NCBI GenBank assembly: GCA_945865375.1
Contig: CAMBEJ010000004.1
Location: 14,650-78,649, forward strand
DNA from: Akkermansia muciniphila
GTDB taxonomy: Bacteria; Verrucomicrobiota; Verrucomicrobiia; Limisphaerales; F1-80-MAGS106
DNA: 64,000 nt
Direction: 5' to 3'
Both the position numbers and the translations under genes were made by a program. Below, in pieces: positions 1 through 9,105 of the stretch (positions are counted from its first letter, which is position 1; each line of letters opens with the position of its first letter). The notes under the pieces are model-generated. The model ran no database searches. It was not told the origin of the DNA and saw only the letters and a list, made by a program, of their open reading frames with translations.

Positions 1-364
1 TCTGCGCTGCGGCGGAGCCTTCGACAAACTTGCGGATCGTGTCTGGGGGAACGTTCGGAGGCAAACCGGACGCCTCCTGAATCTCCAGCACCACGTGCTG
101 TAGTTTGTCTTGGCGGCCCAGCGATAGGCGGTAGAGACACACCGGATGCCAAGCGGCAACGGCCATCTCCATGAAGATGTCCGCCAACCGGAGCGACTGA
201 TCGTTGCCACGTTTGATGAGCGACAGAATGGCGAGGAACCAAACCAGCTTGTAGGAGTTGGTCGTGTCCTTGAAAACCTGTCCGAGAAAGAAGGTCTTTT
301 CCGGGTAGCGGAGCGCGGCGCCCGCGAGAGCGTGTGGCTGATTCGTTGGGCTGTCTTGAGCCAC
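1..364 (-). CDS. Probable HNH endonuclease-domain protein, N-terminal part (runs off window start)
   Basis: Hand translation of the minus strand from GTG 364 gives ...GQVFKDTTNSYKLVWFLAILSLIK...AWHPVCLYRLSLGRQDKLQ, an N-terminus typical of HNH-domain proteins. The HNH motif itself is outside the window. Confidence 0.6.
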   Translation of the reverse strand, partial: MAQDSPTNQPHALAGAALRYPEKTFFLGQVFKDTTNSYKLVWFLAILSLIKRGNDQSLRLADIFMEMAVAAWHPVCLYRLSLGRQDKLQHVVLEIQEASGLPPNVPPDTIRKFVEGSAAAQ

Positions 365-446
365 CGCTTGTTCGGAGCATACGCCCAGGGCACCGCCAAG
401 GACGGGCAAGCTCCGGCAGAAATCAGGGCGCGATGGTGTTCGGCTC

Positions 447-668
447 TCATTCATCCGGCCAGAAATCTTTTCCGAGCTCGCCGACGTAAGCCGAGTGCAA
501 TTCGCTCTCCCCGTCGTGGTAGCCCCGCGAGTGTCGCAGGTGGAATTCGGCGTCTTGCCTTGTCGCCCACAGCCGCTGCTTGCCGAACAGGATGACCTCT
601 CGGCTTCGCGGTAGCACGATGCCGAAGCGACCTATCAATTTTTGTTGAGGCTTAGTCACAACAATCAC
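447..668 (-). CDS. Small hypothetical protein
   Basis: 73-aa ORF overlapping the stop of the upstream ORF by 4 nt; no recognisable motif. Confidence 0.3.
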   Translation of the reverse strand: MIVVTKPQQKLIGRFGIVLPRSREVILFGKQRLWATRQDAEFHLRHSRGYHDGESELHSAYVGELGKDFWPDE

Positions 669-1030
669 ATGGCGTCTTCATTTACCTCGCGGCGCGAAAT
701 CTTCGCCGGCCTCCCGTGACTCTTAATACTGCGCCGGGCAGCCAAACTCTGCATCATGACCTTATGCACATTGTAATCTGCAATCGCGCGGCGAGCTTCG
801 TTCTCCAGTAGCTCACTTTGCCTGTGCGTCGTTTCAAGACACAGACAGGCACACTCCTCGTCAGAAGCGATTTGAGCACGACGAATATCGAACTCATGCG
901 CCATCGAAACACACGCGCCGATGAGCCGCATGGATGCCATTAAAGCTTCAGCCTTCCGTTCGAGAGCAACGTCATCACTCTTTTCACTATTCGAAGAGTT
1001 CCGTTTGGATGCGGTCTTGCAAGATTTCAT
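665..1030 (-). CDS. Hypothetical protein (helical); start uncertain
   Basis: 3' part of ORF 665..1177 starting at MKSCKTAS; no family recognised. Confidence 0.3.
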   Translation of the reverse strand: MKSCKTASKRNSSNSEKSDDVALERKAEALMASMRLIGACVSMAHEFDIRRAQIASDEECACLCLETTHRQSELLENEARRAIADYNVHKVMMQSLAARRSIKSHGRPAKISRREVNEDAM

Positions 1031-3026
1031 GATGTTTTCGCTGTTGTTCGCGATTCCGCTCGCCATGTCCGTCGCCAAAGTCTTTTGATTCCGGTGACAG
1101 CCTGAGTCCTTCCCTCCAAATGCCGTCCGCCCAACCATTCTGTCTTGTGATTCCCTCACGCCCATACCTGTCGGCATTCAGTTCAGCGGTGTGGGTCATG
1201 ACCCATTCCCACCGTTGAACCTCCTGCACGAGGCTGGCAAGATTGCTCAATGGGTGCGGCACCGCCACGACCCAATTTGGACGGGTCCTGAGTTCGTCGA
1301 TTTTGGTGAACTCAAGCGCGACGTCGCGCTCATTGGCGGTTTCGCACAGGGGAACCACGATCACGCCATCTGCGTTGCTGGGATTTTCCATCACCGGCCC
1401 CACCAGTTCCGCGACCGAACAGTAGCGCAGGTCGAAGTGCCGGAGATTTCCAGTTTCGATGTAATGTCTGCGAGCGACGATGGGCCGTGTCTCGAGGTGC
1501 TCCTTGATGAACGATGCCACACGTTGGGGCGTCTGCACAGCTCGCCGCGCATCGTCGTAGGCCTTTTCAAGGTCCACGGATGTGTGCGGCCATAGGCAGA
1601 GGCCTCGACTGCGACCCCGATCGTAGAGGACCCGCTTGATCCGTTGGAGTTTTTCCAACGCAGCCCTGCTCTCGCTTTGGAGTGCGTGGTCGTCACCCGC
1701 CACAGCACACAGCACCGATTCCTCCGAGGCCAACAAGTCGTCGTTCAGCAGATTCAGGATGCCGACAGTCTTGAGAATCTGAAGGCTCAGCGCCGCGTCT
1801 GTCGCATAACTTTCGATAACTGACTCAATGAGATTCCAATGACTCCGGTAGCTGTGGACCGTCAACCTGTGGCCGAAGTTCGTTCGCACGTAGTCGAAAA
1901 GATTGTGCAGGCGGTATGGTTCGGCATCGTGCAACTGGTGTTCACTGAAGGCTTGCAAACCAAAAGGCTCATTCGCGAGCAAGAAACTGAACAGGGAACG
2001 TTCGTTTTGGCCGAAGCGCCGGAATATCCGGACAAGAACGGGCAGGACCGTGGCATGCAGTGGATACAGCCGTGGGGCCAACTCCAACAGCGGCTGTGGT
2101 TGCGCCGCGCCGAACCAGCCAAGGTCAACGGCCCGGTGCATCGCTTGGCGCATCGAAGACGCCTGGCCTTTGGGAACCTGGTCAACGCGCACGTTGAGCG
2201 CGGAGGAGATGAGATGCCCGACCTGCTCAATGGGCTGATTGAAGACAATTTCATCGAAACGGCCGGCGACCTTTTCCCACTCGCGTTGCGCGGACTGGTT
2301 GAGATGGTCCGCGTAGGCGTGGAAGCCTTGGTGCAGGAGGCACACAACGAGCAGCGGTTCGTTGGCACTGCGGGACGCCACCTCCGCAAGGCGCTGCAAA
2401 ATGAAAACGTCCTGCCGATGCGGGTTCAGAGCCGCGAATTCAAGGAATTTGCCCAGCTCGTCAATAATCAGCAGCAATCCTTGTCCCTTTGAATCGGCGA
2501 TGATTTGAGAATTCGTGTCAACGATCGCGTCTAGGATTTGCTCATCACCCGGTTCCGTCTTTCCGTCGCGCAACTGCTGGATCTTTCCAGAAATCCTCGA
2601 CTTCGCACCCCGCTTGTAGACTTGCGAAATGCTGGCATGCAGCGCTTGGAGGATGGAGGTGCCGAGCGGCTGACGCGAACAGGTGACGAGCACCGGCAGA
2701 AACGATGGCTGCGCCACCCCGAGTTTCTTGAAATCGATAACCCGGCGAAGCTGCGGAGGAAGCTCGCTGTCGCGGCCTCCAAGAAGGTTCGCCAACAAAA
2801 GCGCAAAACTGGATTTGCCTGACCCATAATCACCAGTTACGCGCCATGCCCTGCGGCCCGACTTGGGACGAAGGCCCTCGCCAATACGATCGCAAGACTC
2901 CTGGACAAAATCGGTGCGGACATAACCGGAGAGCGCCTCGGAATCGTGGAAGTCGCGCTCAAGGTGCGTCGAGCGCAGGAATCGGCTCTTGATGACAAAG
3001 AGGTCCGCGATGCGCTTTTCAGACAT
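987..3026 (-). CDS. SspC-like P-loop ATPase associated with DUF4007; C-terminally truncated
   Basis: Walker A GDYGSGKS, Walker B LLIIDELGKFLE, EWEKVAGRF, YPLH, FGQNERSLFSFL. Family-like sequence ends near RYGREGITRQ (~nt 1140). Confidence 0.75.
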   Translation of the reverse strand: MSEKRIADLFVIKSRFLRSTHLERDFHDSEALSGYVRTDFVQESCDRIGEGLRPKSGRRAWRVTGDYGSGKSSFALLLANLLGGRDSELPPQLRRVIDFKKLGVAQPSFLPVLVTCSRQPLGTSILQALHASISQVYKRGAKSRISGKIQQLRDGKTEPGDEQILDAIVDTNSQIIADSKGQGLLLIIDELGKFLEFAALNPHRQDVFILQRLAEVASRSANEPLLVVCLLHQGFHAYADHLNQSAQREWEKVAGRFDEIVFNQPIEQVGHLISSALNVRVDQVPKGQASSMRQAMHRAVDLGWFGAAQPQPLLELAPRLYPLHATVLPVLVRIFRRFGQNERSLFSFLLANEPFGLQAFSEHQLHDAEPYRLHNLFDYVRTNFGHRLTVHSYRSHWNLIESVIESYATDAALSLQILKTVGILNLLNDDLLASEESVLCAVAGDDHALQSESRAALEKLQRIKRVLYDRGRSRGLCLWPHTSVDLEKAYDDARRAVQTPQRVASFIKEHLETRPIVARRHYIETGNLRHFDLRYCSVAELVGPVMENPSNADGVIVVPLCETANERDVALEFTKIDELRTRPNWVVAVPHPLSNLASLVQEVQRWEWVMTHTAELNADRYGREGITRQNGWADGIWREGLRLSPESKDFGDGHGERNREQQRKHHEILQDRIQTELFE

Positions 3027-4005
3027 GATTTCTCCTTCCGTCGAAGATGTCGTTCAACAAATCAAGGCTCTCACGACGCTCGTTTCGTTGAACCTTTTGG
3101 AGAAGAGCGGACTCGACATACGTAAAACAATCATTGGTCTGCTCCGCCAATCGCTCGACCCGCGCCCGCACGTCTTCCTCTGGCAATTTATAAATCTGGC
3201 CCGGGCTGCCGTGTCCGTGGGCGATCTCTCGAAAACTCAACGTGCTTTCCATGGGATGCCGTTCGTTCCAGAAATCGTTCAAACTGTAGACGAAAAGTTC
3301 CGGTGTGATGTCTGGCTTCTCCTCACGCCGAAAAGCATAGACTGATTCGGCTCGTCCGCCATTTCCGTCCCCAAGGCGTTCGCCCACCCGAACGATAAGT
3401 TCCAACTCGGTGAGCGGAGAATCGAGGTTGTCTTCCTGAATTTCACCTTTGCGACCACGGGTGCGGACGTATGTATGAAGAAAAGTGTCCCAGTGCTGAT
3501 CGATGGTCACAGCGGAAAGGCCGTCGTCAAGCCGGGCAGCCTCTTTGTGCAGCGTCTTGATGATGACACTGGGCACCAACTCCGGTTCCTGCCAGCGATT
3601 TAGCAGGAAGTCCCATGCCAAAAGGGGCGTTTTCGTGTCGGTGGATAGGTTCCAGTGGATGAGCCAGAGCGTGCGGAGATCTTCCAAAAACGGGTCGTGT
3701 CCCCCTTCGCCAAGCAGTGCCCGGCCAAATCCGCTCAACGAGTGCCCCATTCCTCTGGACGGGGTATCCATCACGCCCGCAACTTGCGCCCAAAAGCGGA
3801 TCGAGCGAACCATATTCTTGCCGACCCCCAGGTCCACCATCGCCTTTTCGTCGTCGGAAAAGAGCTTGGAATTGTCCTTCAAGCCGCGCACAGCTTTGGG
3901 CAGCCAGGTGTAGCGGCACGCGAACGATTCGTGCCCAGAGATTCGATAGGTTGGTTCCGCAACTGTGTTCACATGATGACAACATTGGAACGTGGCCGCT
4001 GACAT
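3019..4005 (-). CDS. DUF4007 protein (SspB-like)
   Basis: SGHESFACRYTWLPK, LGVGKNMVRSIRFW, DPFLED...LWLIHW. Overlaps the ATPase start. True start ATG 4005 or GTG 3972. Confidence 0.85.
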   Translation of the reverse strand: MSAATFQCCHHVNTVAEPTYRISGHESFACRYTWLPKAVRGLKDNSKLFSDDEKAMVDLGVGKNMVRSIRFWAQVAGVMDTPSRGMGHSLSGFGRALLGEGGHDPFLEDLRTLWLIHWNLSTDTKTPLLAWDFLLNRWQEPELVPSVIIKTLHKEAARLDDGLSAVTIDQHWDTFLHTYVRTRGRKGEIQEDNLDSPLTELELIVRVGERLGDGNGGRAESVYAFRREEKPDITPELFVYSLNDFWNERHPMESTLSFREIAHGHGSPGQIYKLPEEDVRARVERLAEQTNDCFTYVESALLQKVQRNERRESLDLLNDIFDGRRNHV

Positions 4006-4081
4006 CGCTCTTGTCGAGTGTGGAATCGAGGCACAAAAGACGATCCGGTGCATCTCGAAGTTGTTGGTGGCTCCATCGGGC

Positions 4082-4248
4082 GCAGCGGTCGTCAGTGACG
4101 ACCGCCCACATGACGACCGCCCACCGCACAGGCAACCACAGGTCGGCCACCCGTTCCATGCTTGTGGGCGGCCGTCACCGACGGCCGCGTTCACTAGCCC
4201 CATGCTTGTGGGCGGCCGTCACCGACGGCCGCGTTCACTAGCCCCATG
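4082..4248. repeat. REP-like cluster: 44-bp tandem duplication plus one inverted related copy
   Basis: 4156-4199 is identical to 4200-4243, each with hairpin GCGGCCGTC-acc-GACGGCCGC. A related inverted hairpin lies at ~4085-4110. Confidence 0.8.
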
Positions 4249-4342
4249 TTTTCCGCCCCTGGTTCATTCCACCAACAACTTCGGAATGCGCCCAAGACGA
4301 TCAAGCTTCATAGAATTCTTGTCTGATAGATGATGACGATGT

Positions 4343-4579
4343 TTGATGACTGACTTGAGAACGATCATTGATTTTCCCGATGATCAATTGAAAGCACTAG
4401 GGGAGATTTGCGCCGAAAAGAAAGTTTCGCGGGCGGCGGTCATTCGCCAGGCCGTGGCCGGATACATTCAACAATCAAAATCCGGCAAGGGCGAGCACGC
4501 CTTTGGCCTCTTGAAAACGAAAAAGATCAACGCCTTGAAATATGAGGAGAAACTCCGCGCGGATTGGGATAACCGATGA
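4343..4579 (+). CDS. CopG/ribbon-helix-helix antitoxin (VapB-like)
   Basis: RTIIDFPDDQ...VSRAAVIRQAV; ATGA overlap with the PIN gene. Confidence 0.85.
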   Translation: MMTDLRTIIDFPDDQLKALGEICAEKKVSRAAVIRQAVAGYIQQSKSGKGEHAFGLLKTKKINALKYEEKLRADWDNR

Positions 4580-4942
4580 AAGCCGTCTTTGACACTAACA
4601 TCCTGGTTGATTATTTAAACGGCGTTCCCGCCGCAAAGCGCGAGTTGGAACAATACGAAGAGGTCAGCATCAGCGTTGTGACCTGGATGGAAGTGTTGGC
4701 TGGCGTGGAAGGCATCGAAGAGGAAACTGTCACCAGAAGTTTCCTTTCCCGTTTCAAAATCCAGCCAATTGACGTGCCGCTCGCCGAGTGGGCGGTAAAA
4801 TTCCGCCGTCATCACAGAATGAAACTGCCGGATGCGATCACCTGGGCCACGGCCATGGGAAATGGGCAGAATTCTTGTCACGCGCAACACGCGAGATTTT
4901 TCCGAGAAAGAGCCCGGCATTCGTGTCCCCTACAAACTCTGA
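4576..4942 (+). CDS. vapC: PIN-domain toxin VapC, one extra base at ~4858-4862
   Basis: AVFDTNILVD...KLPDAI; after a frame change reads GRILVTRNTRDFSEKEPGIRVPYKL* (TGA 4940-4942). Confidence 0.85.
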
Positions 4943-5041
4943 CGCGCAAACCGGGCTCATCGCCCCCGTCGATCAGTTGCATCCCCTGTTTTGTGGAAGC
5001 CGTCGAGGCCCTAGCGATCAAACTTGCCCTAGCTCTCAAAC

Positions 5042-5176
5042 CTCTGAACTCAGCAAAACGACCCTGTTTGGCCTGATGCTCGAGCAACTCTAATTCCCTG
5101 CTCCTAATCGTAATCCTAATCCTAGCCAAACAGATTTGAAATTTGAACCACAGAGACACGGAGACACAGAGGGGGA
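5042..5176. repeat. Partial copy of dispersed MITE-like family A
   Basis: CTCTGAACTCAGCAAAACGACCCTGTTT...CTCGAGCAACTC matches 48995 and 60486. Its 3' part is the reverse complement of ~60724-60786. Confidence 0.8.
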
Positions 5177-5545
5177 AGAGTTCCAAGGGACAGACAATGT
5201 ATTTCTTCCCTGTTTCCGGTGGAATTGAGCATGGTCGCGGAGAAGTTTGGAAGAACTGCTCGCCCTCACCCCACCCCCTTCCCAAGGAGAGGGAGTTCAG
5301 TCGCTCCGGGACCTGTCCTGCCCAAACCCTCGCAGCCATTCAAACCACTTGATTGTGTTGGCTGTGAGTTCGGTTCTCTATGTCCTCTCAAACTCTGTGC
5401 TAAATCCCAACCCGGGTTTTCAGGGCAGAGTTCTGGAGGACACAGAGCAGGAATGGAATGCTACCGGCACCGGCTCGGCTGGCGCCGGTCTCCTAACCGT
5501 TTTTCGATTTGATTCAGCCGCCATCATAACCGATCATGAATCGCT

Positions 5546-6001
5546 ATGAATACCCCCTCCGCTCCCAACCTCACACAACGTCCACCACGCAGCCCGCGTG
5601 TTCTCCTCGGCGGTTACGTCCTCCTGGCCCGTATCCTCGACAAAGGGCGCGCCGAACTCGCCGGCACGGCGGGCGAATACAAATACAACAACCCGATTGA
5701 CCGGCACTGGTTTCGGTTCACCGGCGTCACCCCTGCGGCGTTAAAGACCGAGATCGCTGCCGCCAAGGGCGATGGCGACATCCTCGCGTGGGTGAAGGAG
5801 AACGCGGAGCAAAAACGCGAGCCCTGGGAAATCCAGCATTGGAGCACCTACCACAACGAACGCGGCCCGGACGGAGACGTGGAGACGCTGGAGTTTTTCA
5901 TCAGCCGCATCAGTCCGTTGAGCAAGACCCGCGAAGATGTAAAAACTTGGTTCGATTACCTCGACCTCGACGACCACGTCACGTTTGGCGGCCGGGCGTG
6001 A
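5546..6001 (+). CDS. DUF5069 domain protein
   Basis: PPRSPRVLLGGYVLLARILDKGRA...GEYKYN...WFDYLDLDD. Confidence 0.85.
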   Translation: MNTPSAPNLTQRPPRSPRVLLGGYVLLARILDKGRAELAGTAGEYKYNNPIDRHWFRFTGVTPAALKTEIAAAKGDGDILAWVKENAEQKREPWEIQHWSTYHNERGPDGDVETLEFFISRISPLSKTREDVKTWFDYLDLDDHVTFGGRA

Positions 6002-6047
6002 ACGGATGATTTACTTCACGACGAACCTTCTATCCATCTCAACATGC

Positions 6048-6182
6048 ATGGCCGGTCGCTATCTTGAAACGCATTTCACGCCCGCCGTGATCGCCGCACA
6101 GCAGCACGACTTCGGTCGGGCGCAACAAATCCCGCCACAGACGAGCTGCGACCCGCTCCAATCCGGAAACTTAATTTGGTAA
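6048..6182 (+). pseudogene. N-terminal fragment of a pyridoxamine-5'-phosphate-oxidase-like FMN-binding protein
   Basis: MAGRYLETHFTPAVIAAQQHDFGR resembles this family's N-terminus; the ORF then ends. Confidence 0.4.
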
Positions 6183-6505
6183 TCCCTCTACCAGATCGCT
6201 CGGTTGGGCGGCTGGCTGGGCGGGAGAATTTTCGAGAACCACGACGCCTGACAATGGTTCTAACACTAGCCGTTTATCTTCGCGCACGCCGCCGATTTCA
6301 TGGCAGGCATCGTCATTCATTACGCCTTGTTCAAAGGCCTCACGAAAACCGGTTCGCTCATCATTAACCGGTTCGCTCACCATTAAGTGGACGACCTATA
6401 CATCGCCTAAAATCGCGCACATCGGCCGTTATGAAAAGGACGCAAGCGATCTGGTATTTCAATGATTGACCTATATGCACATGAAGGTATATTCCTGTTA
6501 AAGGT

Positions 6506-6916
6506 ATGCAACGTCCTCAGCTCATCGAGGTTTACAACTGCCTCTGCGACGAAAAGCGCCTTCGTATAGTCCATCTGCTCGCGCAGTCGCCGCTCTGCGT
6601 GTGTCATCTGCAAGACATACTCGGGTTGACCCAGGTCGCGGCTTCCAAGCGCCTCGCGTATTTGCGCCAACGCGGGCTGGTGGAGTCGCGGCGGCATGAG
6701 CAGTGGATGATTTACTCGCTCCCGGCGAAACGCACGCGTGAACTGGACTGGCAGTTACGCTGTCTTCAGGACTGCCTTACCACACACCCGGTCTTCGGTG
6801 ACGATTTACGCAAGCTGAAGGACCGCCAATCTGATTGCTGCTGGGTGGCTGGGGTAGCCGGTGCCGCGCTGACCGCATCCGTCCGCTCTTCGAAAAGCAA
6901 ACTCACGTCCAGATGA
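6506..6916 (+). CDS. arsR: ArsR/SmtB transcriptional repressor
   Basis: LCDEKRLRIVHLL...LCVCHLQDILG...LRQRGLV; C-terminal CC pair; upstream of arsC and acr3. Confidence 0.85.
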   Translation: MQRPQLIEVYNCLCDEKRLRIVHLLAQSPLCVCHLQDILGLTQVAASKRLAYLRQRGLVESRRHEQWMIYSLPAKRTRELDWQLRCLQDCLTTHPVFGDDLRKLKDRQSDCCWVAGVAGAALTASVRSSKSKLTSR

Positions 6917-7356
6917 CCAACCCATCCATTCTTATCCTCTGCACCGGAAACTCATGCCGCAGCCATCTGGCGGAAGGTCTCCTGCGGTCCCTAGCGGGCG
7001 ACATCCTCGATGTTCACAGCGCCGGTTCGAAGCCAGCGGGCTCTGTGCATCCCCTCGGCATCCAGGTGATGAAAGAAATCGGCATCGACATCTCGAGCCA
7101 TCACTCGAAGCACATGAACGATTTTCTCAAGCAGGACATCGAGACGGTGGTGACCGTTTGTGGCAATGCCGACCAATCGTGCCCGATGTTCCCCGGCCAA
7201 TTAAACCGGCACCACTGGGGCTTTGATGATCCGGCTCACGCCGTTGGCACGGATGCAGAGAAGCTCCTTGTTTTCCGCCGAGTGCGGGACGAAATCCGCC
7301 GCGTATTGAGCGCTTACGCTGATGGCCGTCGGGATCAATTGAAGGCTGGGAAATAA
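6913..7356 (+). CDS. arsC: Arsenate reductase, thioredoxin-dependent LMW-PTP family
   Basis: LCTGNSCRS, TVCGNADQSCPMFPG, HWGFDDP; ATGA-coupled to arsR. Confidence 0.92.
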   Translation: MTNPSILILCTGNSCRSHLAEGLLRSLAGDILDVHSAGSKPAGSVHPLGIQVMKEIGIDISSHHSKHMNDFLKQDIETVVTVCGNADQSCPMFPGQLNRHHWGFDDPAHAVGTDAEKLLVFRRVRDEIRRVLSAYADGRRDQLKAGK

Positions 7357-7589
7357 CCTAACCCATCCGCGACCCTGAAAAGCTTCCAAATCTATGATGC
7401 CCGCAGCGGTTCGTGCGACCCAGTGCTGCGTCGCCGCGAGGGGGCCGAGCACCGTTACTTGTGCGAAGTCGTGGAGAAGCAATCCGCCCGCACCGCCCGC
7501 ACCGCATGGCTGCCCTGGCAACCGGGGGAGCTCACCGGCCCCGATGCGCTAGCGCGGTTGGCGTCGTCTAAACTTGAACACGGAATCGC

Positions 7590-8672
7590 ATGACCACTTC
7601 CTTTGACACTCCCAAACGGCTCGATTTTTTTGAGCGCAATCTTTGTCTCTGGGTTCTACTTTGCATGGCAGGTGGCATGAGCCTTGGCAAACTGCTTCCG
7701 GATCTCACCACGCGCCTCGCCCATTGGGAGTTCGGTCAGAATTCCCACGTCAATAGCATCATCGCAGTGTTGATCTGGATGATGATCTACCCGATGATGT
7801 TGAAGGTCGATTTCGGCGGTCTGCGGGGTGTGGCGAAGAAGCCCAGAGGCCTGCTCGTGACCCTGTTTGTCAACTGGCTTGTCAAGCCCTTCAGCATGGC
7901 GCTGCTCGGCTGGGTTTTCATGCAATGGCTCTTCTCTTCGACGCTCGGTTGGGTCGAGCCGGACACCGCCAAAAACTACACCGCGGGACTCATCATCCTC
8001 GCTGCAGCTCCCTGCACGGCGATGGTGTTTGTGTGGAGCTATCTCACCGATGGCGATGGCCCCTACACGCTCGCGCAGGTGGCCATCAACGATCTCATCA
8101 TGGTCTTCGCCTTCGCACCGATTGTGGCCTTTCTTGTCGGCGTCAGCGGCGTGGCTGTGCCGAGCGGCGTGCTCGTCACATCCGTCGTCGTGTTCATCGT
8201 CATTCCGCTCGTGGCCGGCTGGATCAGTCGCACGGCTTTGATCAGAGGTCGAGGCTTGGACTGGTTCGAGCGGGCCTTCCTGCCGAAGTTCCGGCCCGTG
8301 ACCATCGTGGCCCTGCTTGCCACGCTTGTGCTCATCTTCGCCTTCCAGGCCGAAAACATCATCCGCAACTGGACCGCTGTGCTGCTTCTTGCTGTGCCGA
8401 TTCTCATCCAGGTCTATTTTAACTCCGGCCTCACCTACGGCCTCATGCGCCTGTTCAAAGTGCCGCACAATGTTGCCTCCCCCGGCGCGCTCATCGGGGC
8501 GAGCAACTTCTTTGAACTCGCCGTTGCCGTTGCCATCACGCTGTTTGGACCCACCAGTCCCGCCGCGCTCGCCACTGTTGTCGGTGTGCTCGTGGAAGTC
8601 CCCGTGATGCTTTCCGTCTGCCGCGCTTGCAATGCCTCGCGCGGTTGGTATCAGCGGTCGTTGTCCGCTTGA
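7590..8672 (+). CDS. acr3: Arsenite efflux transporter, ACR3 family
   Basis: MIYPMMLKVDF, NWLVKPFSM, APCTAMVFVWS, GASNFFELAVA, GVLVEVPVML. Confidence 0.95.
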   Translation: MTTSFDTPKRLDFFERNLCLWVLLCMAGGMSLGKLLPDLTTRLAHWEFGQNSHVNSIIAVLIWMMIYPMMLKVDFGGLRGVAKKPRGLLVTLFVNWLVKPFSMALLGWVFMQWLFSSTLGWVEPDTAKNYTAGLIILAAAPCTAMVFVWSYLTDGDGPYTLAQVAINDLIMVFAFAPIVAFLVGVSGVAVPSGVLVTSVVVFIVIPLVAGWISRTALIRGRGLDWFERAFLPKFRPVTIVALLATLVLIFAFQAENIIRNWTAVLLLAVPILIQVYFNSGLTYGLMRLFKVPHNVASPGALIGASNFFELAVAVAITLFGPTSPAALATVVGVLVEVPVMLSVCRACNASRGWYQRSLSA

Positions 8673-9105
8673 AGCAACAACTCACCAAAGCGCTCCCATA
8701 AACTACATGTCCGCTCATAATTAAAACGGATCGCTCACCGAAAGGCCGTCACTATTGGCTCAAAGCAATTCTTAACATCGGTTTGACCAGCGGAAAGTGG
8801 AATCTCCAGGGACAGACAATTAATTGGAGAAAGCACTTGAACGGGGAAGGGGGGTCTCGTTGAAGGGGTGGTGCGGCAAGGGAGGTTGAAGTTTGCGACG
8901 GAACGACCCGTTGGGCATTGGCCCCTTTGTGGCCTCGTTACCTCTGTGGCTTGTCTATTTTGCCCCAGATGGGAGAACCAGGGGCCAACCAGGGGGTCCA
9001 GCTGAGGGAAGTTGAGCTGCTCGGGCTTCTCGCTCAACGGTCTCGTTTTACGGCGTTCAGGATGCTTGTCATGCGTCCTGATTCATGGTGATATCGCTGC
9101 CGTTC

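Noticed and set aside
4156-4248. Possible CRISPR array
   Set aside because: Only two abutting identical units, with no spacers and no cas genes.
4878-5549. Several short ORFs between vapC and DUF5069
   Set aside because: They overlap repeat modules and show no protein motifs.
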